A stretch of DNA of 64,000 nucleotides from an uncultured Chloroflexia bacterium. Lineage in GTDB: Bacteria; Chloroflexota; Limnocylindria; Limnocylindrales; CSP1-4. A program made the translations under genes and the position numbers. The notes beneath the pieces are model-generated. The model searched no databases and was not told where the DNA came from. It saw only the letters and a program-made list of their open reading frames with translations. Location of the stretch: assembly GCA_963741915.1 (NCBI GenBank), contig CAVUJW010000013.1:203791-267790 (forward strand). Reading direction: 5' to 3'. Shown here one piece after another: positions 37,886 through 47,304 of this stretch (the stretch's first letter is position 1; every line of letters begins with the position of its first letter).

Positions 37886-39016
37886 TCGATCGCCTCGCGC
37901 AGGGCCGCGGCCACCCGCCCGACCTCCTCGTCGCTCAGCCGGCTGGAGAAGGGGAGAGCGAGCGTGGACGCGGCGACCCGCTCCGTGACCGGGAAGTCAC
38001 CCGGCGCGAAACCGAAGGTCGAGCGATAGAACGGTTGGAGGTGGAGCGGCGCGAAGTACGGACGGGCCGGGACGCCGAGCTCGGCCAGGGACCCGATCAC
38101 ACGGTCGCGGTCGATCGCCGGGTCGAGCCGGACGACGTAGACGAACCAGTCCACGAGCTCGCCCGCACCGGCACGTGGGAGACGGACCCAGGCTTCCTCG
38201 CCCAGCGCGTCCTCGTAGGCCGCGGCGACCCGGGCGCGGCCGGCGCGCAGCTCGGCCAGACGCTCGACCTGGGCCACGCCGAGCGCGGCCGAGAGCTCGT
38301 CGAGTCGGTAGTTGTATCCGAGCCGCACGTGACGCAGCCACGTCCCGTCCTGGTCGCGTCCCTGGTTGCGCAGGCTGCGCATGGTGTCGGCGAGCGTGCT
38401 GTCGTCGGTCACCACCATCCCGCCCTCGCCGGTGGTGATCTGCTTGTTGGGGTAGAAGGCGAACACCGCGACGTCGCCGAAGTTGCCGAGCGGGCGCCCG
38501 CCGACCGTGGAGCCGAGACCCTCGCACGAATCCTCGACGATCATCCAGCCGTGGCTCCTGGCGATGCGCTCGATTTCGACGATGCGGCACGGCCGGCCGA
38601 ACACGTGGACGGGGAGCACCGCGCGAGTTCGGTCGGACGGCGGCCGCCTCGACCAGATCGGGATCGAGCCCGAGGCTGTCCTCCTCGATGTCCACGAACC
38701 GGGGGATGGCACGCTCGTAGAGCAGGCAGTTGGCCGATGCGACGAAGCTGAACGGGGTGGTGATGACCTCGTCGCCCTCGCCGATTCCGAGCGCTCGCAC
38801 GCTCATGTGGAGGCCGGCCGTTCCGCTCGAGCAGGCGACCCCGTCTCGCCGACCGGCGAGCGCCGCGATCGCGGCCTCGAACCTCGGCGCGAACGGGCCA
38901 AGCGCGAGCACGTCGCTCTGGAGGACCTGCGTCACGAGTTCGACCTCGCGTGGCCCGATGTCGGCCCGCGCGAGGGGGATCGACCGGCGCGTGGCAGGGT
39001 TCGGCGAGGAAGGCAT
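37879..39016 (-). pseudogene. DegT/DnrJ/EryC1/StrS family aminotransferase, copy 2 (PglE-like), apparent 1-nt frameshift near 38638
   Basis: N-terminal part (frame of ORF 37997..39076): IPLARADIGPREVELVTQVLQSDVLALGP...CSSGTAGLHM...DPDLVEAAA. C-terminal part (frame of ORF 37879..38712): SDRTRAVLPVHVFGRPC...EDSCEGLGS...FAFYPNKQITTGEGG. Confidence 0.8.
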
Positions 39017-39227
39017 CGCATCTCCGGAACTGGACGGCAACTTCCCCGCGAGATGCCGCACGCGGGCCGCTCGCACCCTATCACGCGAGCGGCTGGCATT
39101 GGGCCGAGCGCATTGGACGACTCGTTGCCGGTTGGCAACGCAAGCGTCTGCGCCGAGGATGCACTGGCGTCAGGTCGGCTACATTCTTGCCGGACTCCAA
39201 TCCCAGGTTTCGTCCAACGAGGTTCGT

Positions 39228-39532
39228 GTGGGCTTCCGTCTCGTTGGCCCGGGCGACGGGCCGCTGCTGGCCAACCTCTTCGACCACCTCGACACCACGT
39301 CTTCGTCCGCACCCGTCGGGGCCGCCGGGCGCACGGCGGGTCGCCATCCGCAAGGGGCGCCACGACCTCATCCTGGTCGAGCGCAGGAGGGCCATCGCCA
39401 CGGCATGCTCCGAGGCTGGAGGAGGGCGAGTCGATCGGCCCTTGCTACGCGAGGAGGGAGCTGGGCGAGCTCGTGATGGAGGTGGAGCTGACGGACGACG
39501 CCGACGGCGCCGCGCAGGTGGCGCCCGGATGA
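39228..39532 (+). pseudogene. possible degraded small GNAT-type acetyltransferase remnant
   Basis: GNAT-like pieces are scattered over three frames: VGFRLVGPGDGPLLANLFDHLDTT, then LRPHPSGPPGARRVAIRKGRHDLILVERRRAIA, then HGMLRGW, then EEGESIGP...ELGELVMEVELTD...APG*. The last frame's stop overlaps the next ATG (ATGA). Interpretation is tentative. Confidence 0.25.
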
Positions 39533-40551
39533 CCGCGCGGCTGCTCACGCCGGAGTCGGACGAGTGGACGGCGTTCCTCGGCCGGGTCCGCCACGACTTC
39601 TATCACCTGCCCGCGTACGCCGCGGTGGGCGCTACGCACGAGCCCGGCGAGCCGCTGGCGCTGCTCGTCCAGCGTGGCGGCGGCAGCCTGTTGCTGCCGC
39701 TCATCGCGCGGGACACCGGGTCGGGTGGCCGCGATGCCGTCTCCCCGTACGGGTATCCGGGTCCGCTGCTGGACGGCGCGATTGGGCCCGACCTCGAGCG
39801 GGAGGCCCTCGCCGAGGGCATCAGCGCGCTCCACGACGCCGGCTTCGTGTCGCTGTTCGTGCGCTACCACCCGCTGCTGAACGGCCAACCGCCGGCCGGG
39901 CTGGGGACCGCAGTCCGCCATGGTGACACCGTGGTGGTCGATCTGGCCCTGTCCGAGCCCACGATGTGGCACCAGACGCGGGAGAACCATCGCCGCAACA
40001 TCACCCGGGCCCAGAGCCTCGGCTATGCGCCGCGGATGGACACGACCTGGGCGCGCTTCGAGGGGTTCAAGCGCCTGTACGCGGTCACCATGGATCGCAT
40101 CGCGGCGTCGCCCTTTTACCGGTTCGATGACGCCTACTTCGACGGGCTCCGCGACGCGCTCGGCGGGTCCGTCCATCTGGCGGTCCTGGAGAAGGGAGAC
40201 GACCTCGCGGCGGCGGCGCTGTACGTGGAGACCGACGGCATCGTCGAGTACCACCTGTCGGGGTACGCGGACGAGCACGCGGACGTCCAGCCGACCAAGC
40301 TGCTGATGGACTTCGCGCGCCGCTGGGCGAAGGCGCGCGGGAACCGGTACCTGCACCTCGGTGGTGGTGTCGGTGCGCAGCGGGACTTCCTGTTCTCGTT
40401 CAAGCGCGGCTTCTCGCCGCTCCTTCGGACCTACTGGACCCTGCGGGTCGTCATCGACGAGCCGCGCTACCGGGAGCTGGTCGCGGCTCGGGGCTTCGCG
40501 CTCGTGGAAGATGCGGACGGGTACTTCCCGCTCTACCGGGCCCCGGCGTGA
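39529..40551 (+). CDS. FemAB/BioF2-like acyltransferase, paralog 3
   Basis: 340 aa from ATG 39529: MTARLLTPESDEWTAFLGRVRHDFYHLPAYAAV...SPYGYPGP...FVRYHPLL...HRRNITRA...IVEYHLSGY...RYLHLGGGVG...FSFKRGFS. Confidence 0.75.
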   Translation: MTARLLTPESDEWTAFLGRVRHDFYHLPAYAAVGATHEPGEPLALLVQRGGGSLLLPLIARDTGSGGRDAVSPYGYPGPLLDGAIGPDLEREALAEGISALHDAGFVSLFVRYHPLLNGQPPAGLGTAVRHGDTVVVDLALSEPTMWHQTRENHRRNITRAQSLGYAPRMDTTWARFEGFKRLYAVTMDRIAASPFYRFDDAYFDGLRDALGGSVHLAVLEKGDDLAAAALYVETDGIVEYHLSGYADEHADVQPTKLLMDFARRWAKARGNRYLHLGGGVGAQRDFLFSFKRGFSPLLRTYWTLRVVIDEPRYRELVAARGFALVEDADGYFPLYRAPA

Positions 40552-42016
40552 GCTTCCTGGGCGTCACGCCATCCGCTGCCGTCGCCGTGGTGGCCCCGGC
40601 CTCGGGGGAGCAGCTCACCTACGCGGAGCTCGTCCGGCGTGGGACAGCCATCGCCGCCGAGCTTGGCGGGGGAAGCAACTCCTGTTCGTCGTGGCCCGGA
40701 ACGCCGTGGCGAGCGCGGCGACCTACTGGGGCGCATTGGACGCCGGGCATGCGGTGGCGCTCCTCGACGGGCACGCCGCGGACGCGGTGACGGCCGCGCT
40801 GGTCGACACCTACCGACCGACGTGGCTGGCCGGCCCGGCGGACCTGCCCGACCGCCTTGCGGCGTCCGGCGTCGACATCGCCGCGACCCGTGTGGTCGCC
40901 GGCCTGACGCTGATCCGCACGGGTGCGGATAGAGCCGGCAACATCCACCCTGACCTCGGTCTGCTGCTCACCACGTCGGGCACGACGGGAAGCCGGAAGC
41001 TGGTCCGCCTGCGGGTAGGAAGCGTCGAGGCGAACGCGCGATCGATCGCCACGTGCCTCTCGCTGGCGGATGACGAGCGCCCGCTCGCCGCCCTGCCGAT
41101 CCACTACTCGTTCGGCCTGTCGGTGGTCAACAGCCACTGGCTGGTCGGGGCGACCGTCGTCCTCTCGGACCACAGCGTGCTGCAGCGCGAGCTGTGGGAC
41201 ACGTTCGACGACGCGGCGTGCACCTCCCTGGCTGGCGTCCCGTACACGTACCAGTTGCTGGAGCGGGTGGGGTTCCGCGAGATGCGGCTGCCGAGCCTCC
41301 GCTCGCTCCAGCAGGCCGGCGGCGCGCTCGATCTCAAGCTGGCGGCCATCTACCGCGACCATATGGCCGCTCGCGGTGGCCGGTTCTTCGTGATGTACGG
41401 CCAGACGGAGGCGACGGCCCGGATCGCGGTTGTTCCGCCGCACCGACTCGTCGACAAGCTTGGCTCAGCCGGCCTGCCCATCCCGGGAGGCCGGCTGCGG
41501 ATCGAGCTCGACGCCGCGGAGGACGACTCGCGTCGGCCCACCCCGGCTGACTCGCGAGCGGTCGGCGGCGTCGGTGTGTCACCCGTCGGTGAGCTCGTCT
41601 ACGAGGGGCCCAACGTCATGCTCGGCTATGCCTCCACCGCCGCCGACCTGGCCCTTGGCGATGAGCTCGGGGGCGTCCTCCGAACCGGTGATCTGGGCTA
41701 CCTTGACGACGAGGGCTTCGCCTTCCTGGTCGGTCGCAGCAAGCGGATTGCCAAGGTGTTCGGCCACCGCGTCAACCTCGATGAGGTCGAGGCGCTGGTC
41801 CGCGAAGCGGGCCCGGCGGCCGTCGTGGGCGGCCTAGACGCGATCTGGGGCTTCTGTGCGTTCGGCACGCAGGCGGAGCTCGACGCGCTTGGGCGGCAGC
41901 TTGCCCAGCGGCTCCGCCTTCACCATTCCGCGTTCCACTTCCGGCGTATCGAAGCCATCCCCACCACCGGGTCGGGGAAGATCGACTACCGGGCGGTCCA
42001 GGCATGGGTGGACTGA
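40548..42016 (+). pseudogene. AMP-dependent synthetase/ligase (adenylate-forming, DltA/acyl-carrier-loading type) with an indel in G5 run 40668-40672
   Basis: The GTG at 40548 overlaps the upstream stop: VSFLGVTPSAAVAVVAPASGEQLTYAELVRRGTAIAAELGGG. The frame then switches to that of ORF 40361..42016: KQLLFVVARNAVASAATYWGALDAGHAV...LLLTTSGTTGSRKLV...FFVMYGQTEAT...RTGDLGYLDDEGFAFLVGRSKR...GSGKIDY. Confidence 0.8.
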
Positions 42017-42102
42017 CAAACCCCGGCTCCGCGGGCGCTGGGTTTCGAGATGGTCAAGTTCCAGCCGGTGCGCGAGGATGAGCGTGTCGTGAGGGATGAA
42101 CG

Positions 42103-42765
42103 ATGAGCCGGGTCGTGCTGTTCGGAACGGGCGCGGTCGCCCGGGTGGCGCGCTTCCTGTTCGAACAGGAGTCGCCGCACGAGGTCGTCGCGCATGCCGT
42201 CGACCGCGACCACTGGGAGGGTGGACGGATCGACAGGGCCCCGATCGTCCCATTCGAGGACCTGCTGGCCGACTACCCGCCGGGCGAAGTGAAGCTGTTC
42301 GTCGCCGTCGGCTACAGCCGGATGAACGGGTTCCGGGCCGAGCGGTGTGCGCGTGCGAGGGCGATGGGCTACGAGCTCGTCACGCACGTCAGCCCGCGCG
42401 CCTCGACGTGGCCCGATCTCACCATCGGAGACAACTGCCTGGTGATGGACGAGGTGATCATCCACCCGTTTGCCAGGGTGGGCAGCGACGTGATCCTGTG
42501 GAGTGGCAGCCACATCGGCCACGATTCAGTGATCGGCGACCATTGCTTCGTATCGTCGCATGCTGTCGTCTCGGGCTACGCGACGGTCGAGGAGCGCTCC
42601 TTCCTGGGGTCCAACTGCACGATCCGCGATGGGATCACCATTGCCCGGGAGTGTGTGATCGGGGCCGGCGCCGTGGTGACCCGGTCCACCACGCCGCGCT
42701 CCGTCCACGCGGCGGCAGCCGCAATCCGGCTGCCGGCGACCAGCGACCGCCTCCCGAATCTGTGA
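42103..42765 (+). CDS. NeuD/PglD/VioB-family sugar N-acetyltransferase (hexapeptide fold)
   Basis: 220 aa. It has an N-terminal Rossmann-like part (MSRVVLFGTGAVARVARFLF...) followed by hexapeptide repeats (IGDNCLVMDEVIIHPFARVGSDVILWSGSHIGHDSVIGDHCFV...). Confidence 0.8.
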   Translation: MSRVVLFGTGAVARVARFLFEQESPHEVVAHAVDRDHWEGGRIDRAPIVPFEDLLADYPPGEVKLFVAVGYSRMNGFRAERCARARAMGYELVTHVSPRASTWPDLTIGDNCLVMDEVIIHPFARVGSDVILWSGSHIGHDSVIGDHCFVSSHAVVSGYATVEERSFLGSNCTIRDGITIARECVIGAGAVVTRSTTPRSVHAAAAAIRLPATSDRLPNL

Positions 42766-42837
42766 TCCGGGGCGCTCCAGCGGGGACCTCGCGGATGGAC
42801 CTGACCGGGCGGCCGACGTCGGCGTTCTCGCGGAGGG

Positions 42838-43686
42838 TCATTCCGCTGCCGGCTTCCGGGGCGCCGCGTGACGTGTCACCAGGTAGGCCTGCGAGTCGCG
42901 TCCATAACCCAGATCGGGTCGGGGCGTCGCCTCCATCTCGGGGTGATCGGCCAGCCAGAGCTCGAACGCGCGCGCCTCGCCCAGGCCCCGCTCGTCGAGG
43001 TGGGCCGCCGACCAGTCATCGAAGAAGATGACCGACCGATCCGCGATCAGCGGGGTGCAGAACTCGAGCGCCGTCCGCGTCGACGACTCGAGCACGCAGT
43101 CCATCATGATCAGTGGCGCTCGTTCCACTCCCAGCCGCGCGCGGGTGTCGGCGGTCAGCGTCTCCTCGTACCAGCCGGGCACGAACTCGATGCGGCCCTT
43201 GGGCACGCCCAGCCGGCGAAGGTTCGCGTTGGTCAGCCGCAGGTCCGAGTACAGCTGACCGGGCTGCAGGGTCCAGATGCCGTCGTGACCTTGATCCTCG
43301 GGCATGCCCTGGAAGGAGTCGAACCCGATCAGTCGCAGGCGATCGGCGCCGACGATCATGGTCGCGCGATACATGCACGCCATCGACGTGCCGACATAGA
43401 CGCCGAATTCGAGGTACGCGGAACCCGGGCCCAGGCCGTCGGGCTCCAGCAGCCTCAGGCTGGCCGTCAGGCGATCCACGAGATCGGCCTCGGGAACCTT
43501 GATCAGGCCCTCCATCAGCCCGAGCCGGACCTGGAGCAGCCCGAGGCGCGCGCGAACGGGCCTGGGCAGGCGCTTGAAGATCCAGCGCAGCAGGGGGCGC
43601 AGGTGGAGGCGGTCGACCATGCGGAGTCCGGCGACCGCAACGGTCCGAGCGATAGGTTCGGACATGTGTGGCGGGAACCATAGCAT
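42838..43686 (-). CDS. TylF/MycF-like class I SAM-dependent (O-)methyltransferase
   Basis: 282 aa (alternative start 43665). Sequence: AYLEFGVYVGTSMACM...IGFDSFQGMPE...FVPGWYEETL...IMMDCVLESSTRTALEF resembles macrocin-O-methyltransferase-family proteins. Confidence 0.7.
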   Translation of the reverse strand: MLWFPPHMSEPIARTVAVAGLRMVDRLHLRPLLRWIFKRLPRPVRARLGLLQVRLGLMEGLIKVPEADLVDRLTASLRLLEPDGLGPGSAYLEFGVYVGTSMACMYRATMIVGADRLRLIGFDSFQGMPEDQGHDGIWTLQPGQLYSDLRLTNANLRRLGVPKGRIEFVPGWYEETLTADTRARLGVERAPLIMMDCVLESSTRTALEFCTPLIADRSVIFFDDWSAAHLDERGLGEARAFELWLADHPEMEATPRPDLGYGRDSQAYLVTRHAAPRKPAAE

Positions 43687-43963
43687 CGCCCCGTTGGCGA
43701 CGCGATGCGGAAGATGCCACCTGTTGCCGGAGCCCGGTGGAACCCGGGTTTGCCCGGTGCGTGCCTATACTGGCGCGGCGTCCACCCCTGCGGGCGGACC
43801 AGCCCTCATTCGGCTCGTCGGAGGCGCTCGGGCATGTGGCCCAACCAACCCGCGTCCAGTCGTCGTTGGCGACGGTCCCGCGATCGGTTTCGAGTGCCTG
43901 CGTGGCGCCGGAGGTCATTCCAGGAGCGGCCGTCACGAGCGAGGGCCGAGTCGGGTTGCCGAG

Positions 43964-44848
43964 GTGCGTGAGGCGCCGGCAGCGACGCCCCGGCCGGCCG
44001 GGAATGGCAATGCATCGGTCTCGATCCCGGAGCTCGAGGAGCTCGCCCGCCAGGTCCGGGTCGAGGTCGTCCGCGCCGTGGCCAGGGCAGGAGGCGGCCA
44101 CCTGGGTGCCTCGCTGTCCGCCGCGGAGGTGCTGGTGGCGCTGTACTTCTCTGAGCTCGCCGTCCGTCCGGACGATCCATTGTGGGACGGTCGCGATCGG
44201 TTCGTCCTTTCGAAGGGACACGCGGCCCTGGCCCTGTACGCAACGCAGGCGCTGCGTGGCTACTTCCCGCTCGACGAGCTGGCCACGTTCGGCCGCATTG
44301 ACTCCCGGCTCCAGGGCCACCCGGACATGACTCGCCTACCGTCGGTGGACATGTCGTCGGGCGCGCTCGGGGTCGGCTTTTCGGCGGCGGTCGGGATCGC
44401 CCTGGGCAATCGTCTCCGGGGCAGCACGGCTCGCACCTGGACGATGCTCGGCGATGGCGAGTGCCAGGAGGGCGAGGTCTGGGAGGCCGCCTTCATCGCG
44501 GCTCGCTACGGGCTGGACAACCTGGTCGCGATCGTCGACCTCAACGGCTTCCAGGTCATCGGCTGGCCGGGAACCCGACCCGGAACGCGGCTGCCACCGT
44601 GGCCCGCCGGTCCGCTCGGGCGACAGTGGGCGGCCTCGGGCTGGCGCGTGATCACCATGGACGGTCACGACATGGCGGCCGTCGTGCAGACCCTGGAGGG
44701 TGCCCGTCGGCTGCGGGGCAAGCCCACCGTCATCATCTCCAAGACCCTGAAGGGACAAGGCGTCTCGTTCCTGCGTGGCGTCCACTCTCGCCCGCTCACC
44801 GACGCCGAGCTGGCCCTCGCCCTGGAGGAGCTCGGTGAAGCGGGCTGA
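43964..44848 (+). CDS. transketolase, N-terminal (ThDP-binding) subunit
   Basis: Lies in the frame of ORF 43499..44848: LARQVRVEVVRAVARAGGGHLGASLSAAEVLVALYF...DRFVLSKGHAALALYA...GHPD...SSGALGVGFSAAVGIAL...MLGDGECQEGEVWEAA. The start is uncertain (GTG 43964 chosen; there is no in-frame ATG). Confidence 0.8.
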   Translation: MREAPAATPRPAGNGNASVSIPELEELARQVRVEVVRAVARAGGGHLGASLSAAEVLVALYFSELAVRPDDPLWDGRDRFVLSKGHAALALYATQALRGYFPLDELATFGRIDSRLQGHPDMTRLPSVDMSSGALGVGFSAAVGIALGNRLRGSTARTWTMLGDGECQEGEVWEAAFIAARYGLDNLVAIVDLNGFQVIGWPGTRPGTRLPPWPAGPLGRQWAASGWRVITMDGHDMAAVVQTLEGARRLRGKPTVIISKTLKGQGVSFLRGVHSRPLTDAELALALEELGEAG

Positions 44849-45817
44849 GGCCGCCGATCGCGGTCCGGGCCTCACCCTGCGCGAGGCGTTCAACCGCACA
44901 CTGGTCGAATTGGCCCGCGATCACCCCGAGATCGTGATGCTCGACGCGGACAATGCGACCGCGACCGACCGAAGGGATCTTCGCCGAGGCGCACCCGTCG
45001 AAGTTCCTCCAGATGGGGGCTGCCGAGCAGAACATGGTCGGCGTGGCGGCCGGCCTTGCCGCCACAGGGTTCATCCCGTTCGTCTCATCGTACGCTTGCT
45101 TCCAGGTATTCCGGGCTCACGATCAGGTTCGCGTCCTGCTGGCGCAGACAGGGTTGCCCGTCCGGCTCGTCGGTCAGTCAGCCGGGATCCTCACCGGACT
45201 GACCGGCAAGACGCACCAGAGCATCGACGACGTTGCGGCAATGCGCGCGATGCCGGGCATGACCGTGGTCGTGCCAGGTGACGAACACGAGACGCGCGAG
45301 GTCCTGCGCTGGTCGCTCGGCCACCGTGGTCCTGTTTACATCCGGTTGGCGCGCGGAACCGCTCCGCTCATGTTCGACGATCAGTACCGGTTCGAGATCC
45401 CCGAGCGCGATCCTGGTCCGCGAGGGCGAGCAGCTCGCGATCATGAGCACCGGGCTGCAGACCTCAAGGGTGCTGGCTGCCCTGCCAGCCCTCGAAGCCG
45501 CCGGCATCCGACCATCGGTCCTGCACCTGCCGACGATCAAGCCGCTCGACGAGGAGGCGGTCGTTGAGGTCGCTGGCCTGGCCCGACGGGTCGTCACGGT
45601 CGAGGACCACGTGATCATCGGCGGGCTCGGCGGCGCCGTGTGCGAGGTGCTCGGCGCCCGATGCCCGGTGCCGGTCCTGCGGCTCGGCATCGACGACAGG
45701 TACGCCGAATCCGCCCCGCACGACGAGCTCGTCGAGCGCTACGGCATCTCCCCCGGTGTCGTAGCGCGAAAGATCATCGCGTGGGCATCGGGCGTGGCGG
45801 GCGACCGCGGTGCCTGA
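44835..45817 (+). pseudogene. transketolase, C-terminal (pyrimidine-binding) subunit with two apparent frameshifts (~44956-44972 and C4 run 45399-45402)
   Basis: There are three colinear pieces. The first is LTLREAFNRTLVELARDHPEIVMLDADNATAT. The second is EGIFAEAHPSKFLQMGAAEQNMVGVAAGLAATGFIPFVSSYACF...MTVVVPGDEHE...YIRLARG...YRFEI. The third is AILVREGEQLAIMSTG...LHLPTIKPLDEEAV...VTVEDHVIIGGLG. Confidence 0.8.
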
Positions 45818-46967
45818 GCCGGCCGATCGTGGGCCAGCGCAGCGCGTGGACGCGACCCGGCTTCATGCCTGGACGGCGGCGATCGCGCGCCGGGTGGGCA
45901 CGCCGGGCGACATTGCCACGGACGTGGCCGACGTGCTCATCGCCGCCGACCTGCGGGGCGTGGAGTCGCACGGCACGTTCCGGCTCCCCGTTTACGCTCG
46001 GCTTGCGGAGGCGTCCGTGATCATGACCGACGCCCGGCCCGTGGCCGACGGCGGGACGCCGGTGCTCCGTCGCTGGAACGCCGGCGACGGTTGGGGTCCG
46101 CACGCCGGACGGGTGCTCATGGATGACGCGATCGAACGGGCCCGGGAGCTCGGCATGGCGGGCTCGATCGCCTACCGCGCGAGCCATTTCGGGATCGCCG
46201 GCTGGTATGCGATGCGCGCCGCGGCGCAGGGCATGATCGGGCTGACCCTCACCAACGCATCGCCGCTGGTCGCCCCCACGCGGTCGCATCAGCGGCTGCT
46301 GGGCACCAACCCCATCGCCGTCGCCGCCCCAGCCGGCCGGTTCGGGATGTTCGTGCTCGACATGGCGACGTCGGCGATCACGTGGGGTCGGGTGCTCGTC
46401 GCCGACCGCCGCGGGCGGGAGCTTCCCGCCGGGGTGGCGATGGACGCCGATGGCGGTCCGTCGGTCCTTCCGGCCGATGTCCTCCGCTCCGGGGCTCTCC
46501 TGCCGCTCGGGGGAACTGAGGCAACGGCCGGCTACAAGGGCTACGGCCTCGCCATGATGGTCGACGTCCTGACCGGGGTCCTGGCGGGCGCCAACTTCGG
46601 ATCGGGTGTAATCCCGTTCTCGACGACCCGGGGCCCCTCCAACCTGGGCCAACTGTTCCTGGTCGTGAACCCGGCGGCGCTCGGCGACGATGGGTTCGTG
46701 GCGCGAATGGAGGCGCTGTGCGGCGAGCTCGTCGCTGCCCCTGCGCTGTCCGATGCGCCCGGCCCGGTGCTTATCCCCGGCCAGCCCGAGGCAGTGATGG
46801 AGGACGAGCAACGGCGGGACGGGATCCGGCTCGAGGCGGGACACCTTGAAGCGCTGGTTCAGCTCGGCGAGCGGCTCGGGGTCGCGTTTCCGCGCACAAC
46901 ACGATCGGATCGCTCCAGCTCGGCCGCCGCGGCGCCTTATCCGATCAGGGATGGGGCAACCCGATGA
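45810..46967 (+). CDS. Ldh_2 family (malate/L-lactate/sulfolactate/pyrroline-2-carboxylate type) NAD(P)H oxidoreductase
   Basis: 385 aa, ...VADVLIAADLRGVESHGTFRLPVYARL...SHFGIAGWYAMRAA...TNPIAVAAPAG...DMATSAITWGRV...GYKGYGLAMMVDVL. Confidence 0.8.
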   Translation: MPEPADRGPAQRVDATRLHAWTAAIARRVGTPGDIATDVADVLIAADLRGVESHGTFRLPVYARLAEASVIMTDARPVADGGTPVLRRWNAGDGWGPHAGRVLMDDAIERARELGMAGSIAYRASHFGIAGWYAMRAAAQGMIGLTLTNASPLVAPTRSHQRLLGTNPIAVAAPAGRFGMFVLDMATSAITWGRVLVADRRGRELPAGVAMDADGGPSVLPADVLRSGALLPLGGTEATAGYKGYGLAMMVDVLTGVLAGANFGSGVIPFSTTRGPSNLGQLFLVVNPAALGDDGFVARMEALCGELVAAPALSDAPGPVLIPGQPEAVMEDEQRRDGIRLEAGHLEALVQLGERLGVAFPRTTRSDRSSSAAAAPYPIRDGATR

Positions 46968-47215
46968 CCGCCATCGACGTCCTCGGCAAGACTTTCCGGG
47001 AGGCGCTCGGTCTGCCCTACGATGCCGCTCTCGACGGGGCTGCGTACGGCCGGACCGAGGGCTGGGACTCCGTGGGGCACCTGCAGCTGATGGTCGGGCT
47101 CGAGACCACGTTCCGGATCTCCGTGGCGGCGGACGACGTGTTCGAGATGAGCACCTTCGAGGCAGTCCGCCAGGTCCTCCGGGATCGCTACGCCATCGAT
47201 CTGCCGGACCGATGA
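46964..47215 (+). CDS. acyl/peptidyl carrier protein
   Basis: 83 aa; the ATG overlaps the upstream stop. The motif EGWDSVGHLQLM contains the phosphopantetheine-attachment Ser in a DS context. Size and helix pattern fit a carrier protein. Confidence 0.75.
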   Translation: MTAIDVLGKTFREALGLPYDAALDGAAYGRTEGWDSVGHLQLMVGLETTFRISVAADDVFEMSTFEAVRQVLRDRYAIDLPDR

Positions 47216-47301
47216 TCAAGGCCCTGACCACCTCGCACCCGAGTGGCTCCGACGTTACCGCGCCAGCAAGCGACTCAATCGCCCCCTGGCGCGGTGGCTG
47301 A
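47212..47301 (+). CDS. 29-aa coupled micro-ORF between the carrier protein and FemAB paralog 4
   Basis: The ATG overlaps the carrier-protein stop (ATGA): MIKALTTSHPSGSDVTAPASDSIAPWRGG*. GC3 is ~79%. The stop lies 3 nt before GTG 47305. Confidence 0.2.
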   Translation: MIKALTTSHPSGSDVTAPASDSIAPWRGG

Positions 47302-47304
47302 TCC

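Noticed and set aside
40668-40672. Homopolymer indels (G5 at 19113 and 40668, C4 at 45399, C3 at 62838) considered as phase-variation switches or programmed frameshift sites
   Set aside because: The tracts are far shorter than known contingency loci. There is no slippery heptamer or downstream structure. More than half of the other frameshifts lie in non-repetitive sequence. Generic indel error or decay is the simpler explanation.
43668-44330. ATG-initiated ORF (MAGTIASPRW...; contains ATGGCAATGCAT near 44006) as a possible start of the transketolase N-subunit
   Set aside because: It is out of frame with the conserved transketolase sequence. Its translation is Ser/Arg-rich and not transketolase-like, so a GTG start at 43964 was kept as a tentative call instead.
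44560-44640. Possible compensating frameshifts in the TK-N segment GFQVIGWPGTRPGTRLPPWPAGPLGRQW
   Set aside because: Alternative frames are no more transketolase-like, and the flanking conserved blocks stay in one frame. It is treated as a divergent loop.
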